Source: an uncultured delta proteobacterium (GTDB lineage Bacteria > Myxococcota > Kuafuiibacteriia > Kuafuiibacteriales > Kuafuiibacteriaceae). From it: 64,000 nucleotides of DNA. The stretch covers positions 3,008,001 through 3,072,000 of the forward strand of contig CAWDML010000001.1 in NCBI GenBank assembly GCA_963803435.1, read 5' to 3'. This document shows, piece by piece, positions 1 to 9,626 of this stretch. Both the position numbers and the translations under genes were made by a program. Within the stretch, counting starts at the first letter, position 1, and each line of letters starts with the position of its first letter. The notes under the pieces were generated by a model. The model had not been told where the DNA came from and ran no database searches. It worked only from the letters and a program-made list of their open reading frames with translations.

Positions 1-271
1 GCGGGTCCTTGCGCATGAAGACGGCGTCGACCTCGTCGAGCGCCAGCCGTACCGGTGCCCCCAGCTGGTAGTGATCGCCTCGCTGGCGGCGAACCACGAC
101 CGGCCGCACCGTCGCGAAGGGCGCGCCCTCGGCCAGCTCGAGCGCAGTGATCTCCGCGTAGTAGACCTCGTGCCCTCGCTGGTTCGACTCGAGCATCAGC
201 ACGAAGGTCGAATCGGCGTCGATGTTGATGCGATCGATCGGATCCATCAGGAAGACGAACTTCAGCGCCAT
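1..271 (-). CDS. gshB: Glutathione synthetase, N-terminal part (runs off the window edge)
   Basis: Manual translation of the reverse strand gives MALKFVFLMDPIDRINIDADSTFVLMLESNQRGHEVYY...DAVFMRKDP. This matches the GshB N-terminal motifs MDP..I...DST..LM and D.vfMRkDPP. Not in the ORF track because it is truncated. Confidence 0.9.
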   Translation of the reverse strand, partial: MALKFVFLMDPIDRINIDADSTFVLMLESNQRGHEVYYAEITALELAEGAPFATVRPVVVRRQRGDHYQLGAPVRLALDEVDAVFMRKDP

Positions 272-328
272 CCCGGCGGTCTTCGGCGAACGCCCGGGCC
301 CCGTCAAGCGACATGGTAGACTCGGACG

Positions 329-1042
329 ATGCTCGACGCCTGGCTCCGCAGCCTCGCTTCGGCGAAGGTCTCGATGGGCGACGTCGACGCGATCCGCGCC
401 GAGCTGTCGGCGTGGCTGGAGCTGATCGATCGCATCCGGGACGGCGAGACCTGGGCCGAGGGAGAGCTGATGCGGCTCGTCTCCTTCCACGCCCGCAACC
501 TGGGGGCAGATGGACACCCGGCCTCCGCAGCGCTGATGCAAGTCGCCTTGCTCGAGGACGCCCTCGAGGACGGCGGGCGGCGCGCCGACACGCGAGCCCT
601 CACCTCGAGGATGATGCAGCTCGTCGCCGACGCCCACGAGGCCGGTCTGGCCCAGCGGCTCGCCGCCCGTCATCGCGGCGAGCTCGCGCGCTCATCCCCC
701 GTGATCCGGATCGGCGACCGCGCGGTCGTGGGCTTCCTCTGCGGCCCACTCCACGCCGATCTCCTCGACGCCCTTTTCGGCCGGATCCTCCGGGAGTGCG
801 TCCGCACCGGCGCGCACATCGCGGTGATCGACACGCTCGGCACGAACGCCGACGACGAGCTCTTCTATCGGACGGTAGAGGGCATGCAGCGGATGCCGCC
901 CGGCGATCGACTGCGGATCATCCTGACCGGGCTGCCGGACCTCATGCACGCGCGAACCGGGTTGAACACCGCGGGCGCCAACCTGTCGAAGATCGCGCTG
1001 GCGGGCGACGTCAGCGAGGTCATCTCGGAGCTGGGCGCGTGA
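329..1042 (+). CDS. RsbR-like protein (helical N-terminal domain plus degenerate STAS domain)
   Basis: C-terminal SSPVIRIGDRAVVGFLCGPL...LFGRILRECVRTGAHIAVIDTLG...IILTG resembles RsbR STAS (STPVI...LPLIG.....VILDITG...LTG). Confidence 0.6.
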   Translation: MLDAWLRSLASAKVSMGDVDAIRAELSAWLELIDRIRDGETWAEGELMRLVSFHARNLGADGHPASAALMQVALLEDALEDGGRRADTRALTSRMMQLVADAHEAGLAQRLAARHRGELARSSPVIRIGDRAVVGFLCGPLHADLLDALFGRILRECVRTGAHIAVIDTLGTNADDELFYRTVEGMQRMPPGDRLRIILTGLPDLMHARTGLNTAGANLSKIALAGDVSEVISELGA

Positions 1043-1083
1043 GCGTCGTCTTCAGACCGTGACCATCGCGCCGACGACCCGCC

Positions 1084-1540
1084 TCAATCCCGCCCGTCGA
1101 CGTAGGCGACCTGCCAGCGGCGGCCAGGCTCAGGCCGGGGGCGTTCGGCGATCGCGTGGGCCTTCAGGGTCGGCGGTCTCGGCCGGGGCAGCGCGAGCAC
1201 CGCGGCCATCTCCGGCGGGAGCACGACCTTGTACATCCGCGCCCCGACGGTGCCGTCGAGGGCGCTCGGGTTCGTGAGCCGCTGGAGCTGCGCGCCGCTC
1301 GGCGGCAGCGGGATGGGATCGTTCGGATGCGATCCCGAAGACGTCGCCGACCTCGAGGACCGGGCGGCGCACCAAATCGAAGAGCTCGAACAGCCCCGGC
1401 GCCCAGCGCGGCTGGTACCAGAGCTTGCCTTGGGGCGGCGCCGGCAGGGTCTCGCCGGCACGCAGCTGGACGACGTCGCCCATCTTCGCTGCCCGAATGC
1501 CCAAGTCCCTAAAGAATCCGCCAACTTCGTCGAGTCGCAT
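1084..1540 (-). pseudogene. Hypothetical protein split by a probable +1 frameshift near 1334
   Basis: MRLDEVGGFFRDLGI...VGDVFG in one frame continues as SHPNDPIPLPP...YVDGRD* in another. Removing one G from GGG joins them. Confidence 0.45.
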
Positions 1541-1679
1541 GCCTGCCGGGCTTGTTATCGGCGACACAGTGGAATGTGGTGCGTGGTACGATAAATCGCG
1601 TTCACAATCCTTCGGACTTCGTCGGGGCTCTTCGCCCAGGCGCAACCTGCCCGCAATCGCCCTCGCCTACGATGGCAGC

Positions 1680-2183
1680 ATGAAGCTGAACCGAAAGATC
1701 CTTGCAGTCACCACGGGCGCCGTCCTCCTGGCCGGCGGCCTCTCCGCTGCTGCGCTCGCCGGCCCCGGCGGCCACGGCCGCTTCGCGCACCGCGGCGGTC
1801 GCATGGGGATGATGGGCGCGATGCCCGGCCTGCGCCTGCTCCACCTGGCCGAGACGCTCAACCTGAGCGACGAGCAGGAGCTGGCGGCGATCAAGATGCG
1901 CCGCGAGATCCGCGAGGAGGCCCAGCAGAACCGCCAGCAGATGGCGAGCATCTTCTCCGACGTCCTGATCGAGCTGGAGAAGCCCGAGCCCGACGCCGCG
2001 CGCCTGCACCAGATCGTCGACCAGACCAGCGCACGCATGACCAAGCTGGCACACGCCTCCGTCGACAAGTACCTCAAGTTCCAGCGCACGTTGACCCCGG
2101 AGCAGCGCCAGCAGCTGGTCGACCACGCGCGAATGATGAAGGAGCGCCGTGAGCAGTTCCGTAAGTCTGGTTTCCAAAAGTAA
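1680..2183 (+). CDS. Spy/CpxP-family periplasmic chaperone/adaptor
   Basis: Signal peptide, Gly/Met/His-rich linker, LNLSDEQ and LTPEQRQQL (LTxxQ) motifs; lies directly upstream of an RR/HK pair. Confidence 0.8.
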   Translation: MKLNRKILAVTTGAVLLAGGLSAAALAGPGGHGRFAHRGGRMGMMGAMPGLRLLHLAETLNLSDEQELAAIKMRREIREEAQQNRQQMASIFSDVLIELEKPEPDAARLHQIVDQTSARMTKLAHASVDKYLKFQRTLTPEQRQQLVDHARMMKERREQFRKSGFQK

Positions 2184-2199
2184 GATCGACGCGTTGCCC

Positions 2200-2889
2200 G
2201 TGCGAACGATCCTGGTCATCGACGACGACGAGCGCCTGCGTGGGCTCGTCGCCGAATACCTCGGGGGCCGCGGCTTCACGGTCGAGACCGCTGAGGACGG
2301 CGAGCGCGGGCTCGAGCTCCTTCGTTCGGGGACGATCGATCTGGTCGTCCTCGACGTGATGCTCCCGGGCCCCGACGGCTTCGAGGTGATGCGCGAGGTC
2401 CGGAAGTCCTCTCGCGTCCCGGTGATCATGCTGACCGCGCGCGGCGACGAGACCGATCGGATCGTCGGCCTCGAGATCGGGGCCGACGACTACATGCCCA
2501 AGCCCTTCAACCCGCGGGAGCTGCTCGCCCGCATCCAGGCGGTGCTGCGCCGGGTCGAGATCCCGCGGGAGGAGCCGGCGGTGCTGAGCGCCGGCCCCAT
2601 CGTGATCGACGCCGATCGCCGGACCGTCACGCTCGGGGACGAGCTGGTCGATCTCACCACCACCGAGTTCGAGATCCTGCGGACGCTGATCGCGAACGCA
2701 GGGCGCGTCATCCCGCGCGAGCGGCTGATGGAGCTCGCGCGCGGCGAGGACTTCGCCGCCTTCGAGCGCTCCGTCGACGTCCACATCAGCCACATCCGCC
2801 GCAAGCTCGGCGATGATCCGCGCCACCCGAGCTTCGTGAAGACCGTTCGGGGGATTGGGTACACGATCCCCAAGAACCCCGAAGCATGA
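2200..2889 (+). CDS. OmpR/CpxR-family response regulator
   Basis: ILVIDDD, LDVMLP, MLTARG, GADDYMPKPF, plus wHTH with RSVDVHISHIRRKL and TVRGIGY. Confidence 0.95.
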   Translation: MRTILVIDDDERLRGLVAEYLGGRGFTVETAEDGERGLELLRSGTIDLVVLDVMLPGPDGFEVMREVRKSSRVPVIMLTARGDETDRIVGLEIGADDYMPKPFNPRELLARIQAVLRRVEIPREEPAVLSAGPIVIDADRRTVTLGDELVDLTTTEFEILRTLIANAGRVIPRERLMELARGEDFAAFERSVDVHISHIRRKLGDDPRHPSFVKTVRGIGYTIPKNPEA

Positions 2890-4178
2890 GCCTGCGCGTC
2901 CGCCTCACGCTGCTCCTGTCGCTGGTGGTGATGAGCAGCCTCTTCCTCGCCTGGCAGTTCACGCGCCGCGCAGTGCTGAGCCCGTTCACCGAGGAGGTCC
3001 TCGAGCATCACCTCGACGCGGTCCACTTCGTCGCCGACGAGCTCCAGGGCGGCGCCGACGCCCACCGGCTGGGCCGGCGGCTCGGCCTCAACGTCCAACG
3101 CGTGCCCGAGCCGCCGCCGTTCGTACGCCGGATCCAGCACGGCCGTGCCGGCCCGCGTTGCCAACATCGGCGCCACGACGGGATCGAGATGTACTTCTGC
3201 TTCGGACGGCGCGCACCGGTCGCGCTGCGCGCCGCGGACGGCAGCTGGATCATGGTTCGCCGCGACCTCGACGTTCAGGCCCCGGGACGGCGCATCGGCT
3301 ACGTGCTGCTGGTGATCGCGGCCGTCGTGATCGCGTTGTCGGCATGGATCGCAGTGCTGGTGATGCGGCCGCTCAAGACCTCGATCGCAGCGATGGAGCG
3401 GATCTCCGCCGGAAATCTCAGTCACCGGCTTCCCGAGACCGGCAGCCGCGAGCTTTCCGAGGTCGGTCGAGCCTTCAACTCGATGGCGGACCGGGTGGAG
3501 AAGACGCTGCGCGCCGAGAAGGAGCTGATGGCCGGGATCTCTCACGAGCTCCGCACGCCGCTCGCGCGCCTGCGCCTCGAGGTCGAGCTCCTCCGCGAGA
3601 CCGAGGTGCCGGCGAAGCGGCTCGATGCGATGGAGAACGATCTCGAGGAGACGGATCGCCTGATCGGTGAGCTGCTCGAGATGTCGCGGCTCTCCCTGGG
3701 CGAGCGTCAGATCGCGGAGGGCGAGGTCGACCTGATGCGGGTCGCCCGCGAAGCCGCCGATCGGAATCCGCTCCCGGATCACGACCTGATCGTCGAGGGC
3801 ATGGCCGAGCCGCTGGCCGGGGATCACGATCGGCTGGTGCGCGTGGTGGTGAACCTGATCCAGAACGCGGGAAAGTACGCGCCGGCGGGGACCGAGGTGC
3901 GGGTGAGGGTGGACGGGCGGAAGCTGGAGGTGCTCGACCGCGGACCCGGCGTGGCCGCCGAGGATCTCGACCGTCTCTTCGAGCCGTTCTACCGGGGCAT
4001 CCGCAACAAGTCGAAGTCCACCGGGCTCGGCCTGGGCCTCATGATCGCACAGCAGATCGTCCTGCTTCACTCGGGGAGGATCACCGCCCACAACGCCGAG
4101 GGCGGCGGCCTGGCGATCATGTTCGAGCTCCCAGAGGGAAAACTTCCAGCGGCGAGTGAATCGCACCCTCGGAGCTGA
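2886..4178 (+). CDS. HAMP-domain sensor histidine kinase (CpxA-like)
   Basis: Two TM segments, HAMP, H-box SHELRTPL, N-box NLIQNAGKY, DRGPG, FEPFYR, GLGLGL; ATGA overlap with the RR. Confidence 0.95.
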   Translation: MSLRVRLTLLLSLVVMSSLFLAWQFTRRAVLSPFTEEVLEHHLDAVHFVADELQGGADAHRLGRRLGLNVQRVPEPPPFVRRIQHGRAGPRCQHRRHDGIEMYFCFGRRAPVALRAADGSWIMVRRDLDVQAPGRRIGYVLLVIAAVVIALSAWIAVLVMRPLKTSIAAMERISAGNLSHRLPETGSRELSEVGRAFNSMADRVEKTLRAEKELMAGISHELRTPLARLRLEVELLRETEVPAKRLDAMENDLEETDRLIGELLEMSRLSLGERQIAEGEVDLMRVAREAADRNPLPDHDLIVEGMAEPLAGDHDRLVRVVVNLIQNAGKYAPAGTEVRVRVDGRKLEVLDRGPGVAAEDLDRLFEPFYRGIRNKSKSTGLGLGLMIAQQIVLLHSGRITAHNAEGGGLAIMFELPEGKLPAASESHPRS

Positions 4179-4653
4179 GACGGCTCTCGACGAGTGTGAA
4201 GTCGGTGATTGAAAAAGCGCCGGACGACCAGCCAGCGTGGCGCTCGAGAAAGCGCCTGACCATCACGGGCGGGCTGTTCTTGAGCCTCGCAAGCGTCAGG
4301 TGGGCCGTGAACGGGTGATCTGCCGGCGTCAATCCGACTTGCACCGCGGCGCGATCGATCAGCTCGGCCAAGCCGTCAATCTCGCGCTCCGGTCGGAGCC
4401 CGCACCACAGGACGCGCGGTGGATGTCCGAAGGTGCCCACACCCTCGACCTGGAGCGAAAACGCCGCCACGGTGATCTTGCGCAAGGCGGGGCGGAGGAT
4501 CGCGACTGTGTCCTCGTCGACCTCTCCGAGAAAACGGAGCGTCACGTGGAGCTGTTCCGAGGCCACCCACCGCACCCGCGGGATCTCGGAGCGCAGCGCT
4601 GCCAATGAAGCCCGTATCTCGTGCGGCAGTGTGACCGCTACAAACAGCCTCAC
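4117..4653 (-). CDS. thpR: RNA 2',3'-cyclic phosphodiesterase (2H phosphoesterase)
   Basis: MRLFVAV start, two HxT motifs (LHVTLRFLG, AHLTLAR), PRVLW. Confidence 0.9.
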   Translation of the reverse strand: MRLFVAVTLPHEIRASLAALRSEIPRVRWVASEQLHVTLRFLGEVDEDTVAILRPALRKITVAAFSLQVEGVGTFGHPPRVLWCGLRPEREIDGLAELIDRAAVQVGLTPADHPFTAHLTLARLKNSPPVMVRRFLERHAGWSSGAFSITDFTLVESRLSSEGAIHSPLEVFPLGART

Positions 4654-4703
4654 AGTGCCACGCTAGCCTACGCCGGCCGACCTGCGATAGCTTTCCATCC
4701 CTG

Positions 4704-7061
4704 ATGGCCCTCTTCCGGAAGGACGGCGAGGAGCGCGTTGCGGAGCTCCTTCAAGAGGCCGAGCTCTCCCGGATGAAGGGGGACGGCAAGAAGAACCGCA
4801 AGTTGCTCGAAGAGGTCATCGCGATCTACTCGAAGGCTCAGAACTACACCGCCGCCGCCGAGATCTCGGAGCGGCTCAAGGACCACGCGCGCGCGGCGCG
4901 CTATTGGTTTCGGAGCGGCGACTTCAAGCGTGCGGCGCGCGAGCACCTGGCGGCCGGCGAGCACCAGTCGGCGATCGAGCTCTACGAACGGTCGGGCGAG
5001 TATCTGAAGGCTGCCGAGGTCCTCGAGGAGCAAGGCGATTTGGTTCGCGCGTCGATCCAGTACGAGAAGGCGGGCGACCCGCTGCGCGCCGCCGACATCC
5101 TGTGGAGCGCGGTCAACCGGCACGCTGCGGCGCTGCCGTCGTCCGAGGTCCCCGCCGCCTGCCGCCGGGCCGGCGATCTCTATGCCGGGTTGGGGCGGAC
5201 CGAGCAGGCGGTCGAAGCCTTTCAAAAGGGTGGACATGTCGCGCAGGCGGCGAAGGCGTTGGAGCGCGCGAAGCAGCCCGAGGCCGCGCTGGCGCTGCTC
5301 TCCGGCGCCGGCGATCTGCTCGGCGCCGCCGAGGTGGCCCGGGCCGCCGGCATGATCGAGCGCGCCTCGATCCTGCTGGCGATGCGCGCCGAGAACGCGG
5401 GTCGCATGATCGAGGCGGCCAGCCACTACGAGCAAGCGGGGCAGCTCGGTCAGGCCGCGATGCTGTACGAGCTCGGCAGCGACCTGCCGCACGCGGCCTC
5501 GGCCCACGAGCGCGCCGGGAACCTCGAGACGGCGGCCAGCATCTATCAGCGGATCGGAGACACCTCGCGCGCCGATCGGTGCCTGCGCGCGCTCGGCCGG
5601 CATCAGGAGGCCGATCGGGTGTCCTGGGATCCGGACACCAACGCGGTCCGCGAGATCTACGACGACGGCGACTACCTGCAGGCCGCGGAGGGCTTTTTGC
5701 ACGCGGCCCGCAACGGCAAGCGACACTGTTACGACGAGGCGATCAAGTGCCTGGAGATGATCGATCCGGGCCAACCCAGCTACCTGAAGGCACGGACCAT
5801 GCTCGCCGAGGCGACCGCCGAGATCGGCGACAAGCGCGGCGCGATCGACATCCTGTGGCGCGTCGTCGACCGGCTCACGCCGACCACGGCCCACTGTCCG
5901 ATCCTCTACCAGTACGCGCGGCTCCTCGAGGGTGAGGGCTTCCTGGCCGAGGCGCGCGACGTGTACCGGAACATCGTCGTGCTCGAGCCGAGGTTCGGCG
6001 ACGTCACCGAGCGCATGCGCTACATCGCCGAGCGCTCGACGCCGCCGTCGCAGAAGTTCCGCACCATCGTCGGCACGCCTGCGACACCGCCCACGCCCAA
6101 ACCTCTCTCGCTCGCCACCGAGGACGAGGACGCCGGCGAGCTCAATCTCCTCGACGCGGACTCGCCCCGGTCACTGGCGTCGTCGGCGTGGGACAGCGGA
6201 GAGCTGCTCGGCCTCACCTCGGCGCGCGCGCTCGACGGGATCGTCCTCCGTAAGCGCTTCCGGCTCGAGCGGCAGCTGGGCGGCGGAGGGCAGGCGCGCG
6301 TGTTCCTCGCCCGCGACACCGTGCTCGATCGGCCGGTCGCGATCAAGGTGCTGCACGAGTCCGTGGCCGTCAGCGAGCAGGGGCTGGAGAAGTTTCTCCG
6401 CGAGGCCCGCCTGGCCGCGCGCATCCATCACCCAGGCTGCGTGGCGATCTTCGACTTCGGGCACGAGCACGGCCTCACGTTCATCGCGATGGAGTACATC
6501 GAGGGCTCGTCGCTGGGCGATGTGCTGCGCGACGGTCCGCTCGAGGCCTTCCGCGCGCTCCAGATCGCGAAGGAGGTGGCCGAGGCGCTCGCGGCCGCCC
6601 ACGCCGCCGGCGTCATTCACCGCGACGTGAAGCCGGAGAACATCCTGATCGACGAGTTCGATCGCGTGCGGTTGACCGACTTCGGCGTCGCCCGCGCGAC
6701 CGAGGGCGACACGACCGGCGGCATCTTCACCGGCACGCCCAAGTACATGTCGCCCGAGCAGGCCAACGGCGATCAGCTCGACACTCGCACGGACATCTAC
6801 TCGCTCGGTGCCGTGCTCTTCGAGATGCTGGCGGGAAAAGCGCCGTTCGACGGGTCCCTCGCCTCGATCGCCGTGCGTCTGACTCAGCCCGCCCCCGAGC
6901 TACCGCGACACCCGCCGATCCCGGACAGCGTACGGAGCGTGGTGAAGCGTTGCCTCGAACGTCGCTCCGAAGACCGGCCCGCGTCCGTGCAGGGCCTGCT
7001 CAAAGAGCTCGACTCGGCGATGTCGGACGTCACAGGCACGGCGATGAGCCGGACAATCTGA
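4704..7061 (+). CDS. TPR/helical-repeat Ser/Thr protein kinase (Hanks type)
   Basis: N-terminal alpha-solenoid repeats. Kinase motifs LGGGGQARV, VAIK, HRDVKPEN, DFG, GTPKYMSPEQ, DIYSLG. No TM segment seen. Confidence 0.9.
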   Translation: MALFRKDGEERVAELLQEAELSRMKGDGKKNRKLLEEVIAIYSKAQNYTAAAEISERLKDHARAARYWFRSGDFKRAAREHLAAGEHQSAIELYERSGEYLKAAEVLEEQGDLVRASIQYEKAGDPLRAADILWSAVNRHAAALPSSEVPAACRRAGDLYAGLGRTEQAVEAFQKGGHVAQAAKALERAKQPEAALALLSGAGDLLGAAEVARAAGMIERASILLAMRAENAGRMIEAASHYEQAGQLGQAAMLYELGSDLPHAASAHERAGNLETAASIYQRIGDTSRADRCLRALGRHQEADRVSWDPDTNAVREIYDDGDYLQAAEGFLHAARNGKRHCYDEAIKCLEMIDPGQPSYLKARTMLAEATAEIGDKRGAIDILWRVVDRLTPTTAHCPILYQYARLLEGEGFLAEARDVYRNIVVLEPRFGDVTERMRYIAERSTPPSQKFRTIVGTPATPPTPKPLSLATEDEDAGELNLLDADSPRSLASSAWDSGELLGLTSARALDGIVLRKRFRLERQLGGGGQARVFLARDTVLDRPVAIKVLHESVAVSEQGLEKFLREARLAARIHHPGCVAIFDFGHEHGLTFIAMEYIEGSSLGDVLRDGPLEAFRALQIAKEVAEALAAAHAAGVIHRDVKPENILIDEFDRVRLTDFGVARATEGDTTGGIFTGTPKYMSPEQANGDQLDTRTDIYSLGAVLFEMLAGKAPFDGSLASIAVRLTQPAPELPRHPPIPDSVRSVVKRCLERRSEDRPASVQGLLKELDSAMSDVTGTAMSRTI

Positions 7062-7077
7062 GGCGATCGGCCCGACG

Positions 7078-8355
7078 GTGAGAGCCCGAAGCACCGCGTT
7101 GATCCTGCTCGCGCTCGGGTGGCCGTCGCGCGCGCGGGCGGTCGAGGTGCCAGTGGGCGAGTGGCTGCGGAAGCCGGGCGTTCGACTCCTCGCCGTGCAG
7201 AGCATCCCGGAGAAGTGTGCCGAGTGCGGAGGGGAGACGGCCCGCTGGAAGGCCCTCGCCGAGCGCCATCGCGACGACGGGCTCCGGGTCCTCACGATCG
7301 TCGCGCGGGATCCGCTGCTCGGGTGCATCGATCCCGGGTGGGCGCCGGACGCCACGGTCTGCGACGTCAACTACGACGGCCTGGCAAAGCAGTGGCGGCT
7401 GCCCGAGCACGCGCCGGCGGCCTTCCTCTTCAGCTGGACGGGCGACCTCCTGGTGGAACGGGGCGAGCTCGGCGCCGTCGAGCGCGAGGTCGAGCGTCAG
7501 CTCGCGTCGACCCCCGAGATCGTGATCGACGTGCGCGAGAGCGATCATCCCGACGAGCTGGTGCCGGCGCTTCGCGACGCAATGCTCGAGAGCCGGCTCT
7601 ATCGCCCGGCGCCGCCGCCGACCGAGCGCGCGCGGATCGCCCGCCTCGGACCGGGTCCCTACGCGAAGATCCATCTGGCGCTGCCCACGTGCGTCGGCCG
7701 GAACGGACGGATAGGCGACGCGATCCTGGCCGCACACCGAGCCCGCGGAACGATCGATCTGACGCTGCGCTCGGAGGCGGGGTGTCGGGTGGCCACCGTT
7801 TCGGAGCGTTTTCGCTCGGTGAAGCACGCCGTCGCGGCGTTGATCGCCGCCATCCCCCGTCACGTCGAGATGCCCGAGGTGCCACCACCACCGCAGATCG
7901 CGTCGGGCGAGCTGATCGAGGACGCCGTGACGCCCGAAGGAAGGCTCCAGAAGTCGAGGCGGCTCCTCGCCACGCTCAGCGATCCGCTGGGCAAGCGGCT
8001 GGCGCAGACGGCCGCCAAGTATCTGGGACGAAGCGACCTCAAAGCACCCGGGCTGGCGCGGGCGATCCTGCGCGAGACGTTCTCCATCGACGTCGGCGCG
8101 ACGCTCGCCGAGCAGCTCGCGAGCGGCCCCGAGGTCGTGCTGGACCTCCGCGATCCGGAGCGGACCCTCGCGCCGGGCGACCTGATCTTCTTTGTCTCGT
8201 ATGCCTACGTCCCACGTAGCGTCATGGTTTACCTCGGTCACGGCTTGATGCTCGCGGCCGCGGACATCCGCGGTGTGGTCGTCGATCCTCTCCCTCCGGA
8301 GATCCCGTACTACTTCCAATCCGTGGCAAGACGGCCGCTTACTGCCGAACGGTGA
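7078..8355 (+). CDS. Secreted protein: thioredoxin-like CxxC N-terminal domain plus degenerate NlpC/P60-like C-terminal domain
   Basis: Signal peptide and CAEC. C-terminal AAKYLG...LAPGDLIFF...SVMVYLGHG follows the NlpC/P60 scaffold. Confidence 0.5.
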   Translation: MRARSTALILLALGWPSRARAVEVPVGEWLRKPGVRLLAVQSIPEKCAECGGETARWKALAERHRDDGLRVLTIVARDPLLGCIDPGWAPDATVCDVNYDGLAKQWRLPEHAPAAFLFSWTGDLLVERGELGAVEREVERQLASTPEIVIDVRESDHPDELVPALRDAMLESRLYRPAPPPTERARIARLGPGPYAKIHLALPTCVGRNGRIGDAILAAHRARGTIDLTLRSEAGCRVATVSERFRSVKHAVAALIAAIPRHVEMPEVPPPPQIASGELIEDAVTPEGRLQKSRRLLATLSDPLGKRLAQTAAKYLGRSDLKAPGLARAILRETFSIDVGATLAEQLASGPEVVLDLRDPERTLAPGDLIFFVSYAYVPRSVMVYLGHGLMLAAADIRGVVVDPLPPEIPYYFQSVARRPLTAER

Positions 8356-8394
8356 GACGCAACCCACTGTCCTACATGTCCGATAACCTGGGAT

Positions 8395-9201
8395 ATGTAT
8401 GGGCGTTGTGGGACGCTGGCGCTGATGATCGCGGTGCTCCCCCGCGCCGCCGAAGCCGGCGACCTGGGTGAGGCGCTCGACTTCATCGAAGACACCACCG
8501 GAGACGAGCTGGGCGGCGGCTGGCACGACCTGGCCGAGCCCGAGGTGACCGAAGCGCTGCCGATGCTGGTCAGCCGGGACGTTCGCCCGGGCGCCGCGCT
8601 CGACGAGTACGACTGCTTCGACTCCGCCGTCGATCAGACGGTCCTGCGTACCAGCGGCGAGGAGAAGTGGGCGCTCCGCTACTGCATGAGGACGCGCTGG
8701 AAAAGGGATCATCTGCGCGGCTACCGGACGCTCGGCGAGGTCCGGCTCAAGCGTTCCGATGTTGCGGGCGCCATCGCGATCGCAGCCCGCGAGACGCATG
8801 TTCCCGCTGCGCTGATCGATCTGATCATCCAGTACTCCTCCGGATATCGCCCCGGTGTGATCTCCGACGACGGACACTACGGGCTGATGCAGCTCAACCC
8901 CGAGCACCTCCGCGACGTCGGGCTCGAGTTCGACAACCTTCTCGACCCCCAGGAGAACATCCTGGTGGGCGCGCGCTATCTGGCCCGCCTCACGATCCAC
9001 TTCAGCGACGTGAAGATCGCGCTGGGTGCCTACCACGTCGGCGCACGCGCGGTGGACGAGGGCGGCGGCGACCTGCCGAACGATCGCGCCTCCGTCTGGT
9101 TCACGCGCGCGCTGCTGAACCTGTACTACTCCACGCTCCGCGAGGTGCCGAAAGAGATCGGCGCGGACAGCATGGCGTTCGTGTTCGAGTGGTTGGACTG
9201 A
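8395..9201 (+). CDS. Lytic transglycosylase (SLT)-domain protein, catalytic Glu apparently absent
   Basis: GLMQL, LDPQENILVGARYL, ALGAYHVG. Motif I reads IIQYSSGY instead of xxxES. Confidence 0.75.
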   Translation: MYGRCGTLALMIAVLPRAAEAGDLGEALDFIEDTTGDELGGGWHDLAEPEVTEALPMLVSRDVRPGAALDEYDCFDSAVDQTVLRTSGEEKWALRYCMRTRWKRDHLRGYRTLGEVRLKRSDVAGAIAIAARETHVPAALIDLIIQYSSGYRPGVISDDGHYGLMQLNPEHLRDVGLEFDNLLDPQENILVGARYLARLTIHFSDVKIALGAYHVGARAVDEGGGDLPNDRASVWFTRALLNLYYSTLREVPKEIGADSMAFVFEWLD

Positions 9202-9211
9202 GCGAGGAGGC

Positions 9212-9589
9212 TCAGCTGAGGATCGGGCCGAGCACGACGCCGGCGGCCAGCGACGCCAGGCTGATCGCGAGCAGGAGCAAGAGGAACACCAGCGTGGAGC
9301 GGAGGCGGGACCTGCGGGGGCGCTCGATCAGGCCGCTCGGCTGATCGTCGTCATCGTCGCGAGCCGCCGGGAGGAGCTTGGTCGGCGCGGTCTCGAAGCG
9401 GGGACGGCGGATGAAGAGGGTCTCGACCGAGGACTGGCGGGGGGCCGGGACCTGGATCTCGGCGATGCGAACGTGGAGGTTACAGTCCGACTCTTCGAAC
9501 GGCAGGGGCGAGTGACCCACCTGGACCGTTTGCGCCGTGTCGAGGTCCGGCAGGAGGAGATCCTCCGTCAGGTGGCGGCGATGACTCAC
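9212..9589 (-). CDS. Hypothetical protein with C-terminal TM helix
   Basis: Fills the gap between neighbours; hydrophobic C-terminal LVFLLLLLAISLASLAAGVVL. Confidence 0.55.
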   Translation of the reverse strand: MSHRRHLTEDLLLPDLDTAQTVQVGHSPLPFEESDCNLHVRIAEIQVPAPRQSSVETLFIRRPRFETAPTKLLPAARDDDDDQPSGLIERPRRSRLRSTLVFLLLLLAISLASLAAGVVLGPILS

Positions 9590-9626
9590 CGTTGCGCAGT
9601 ATCGATGAGAACGTCACCTTGGTCCC

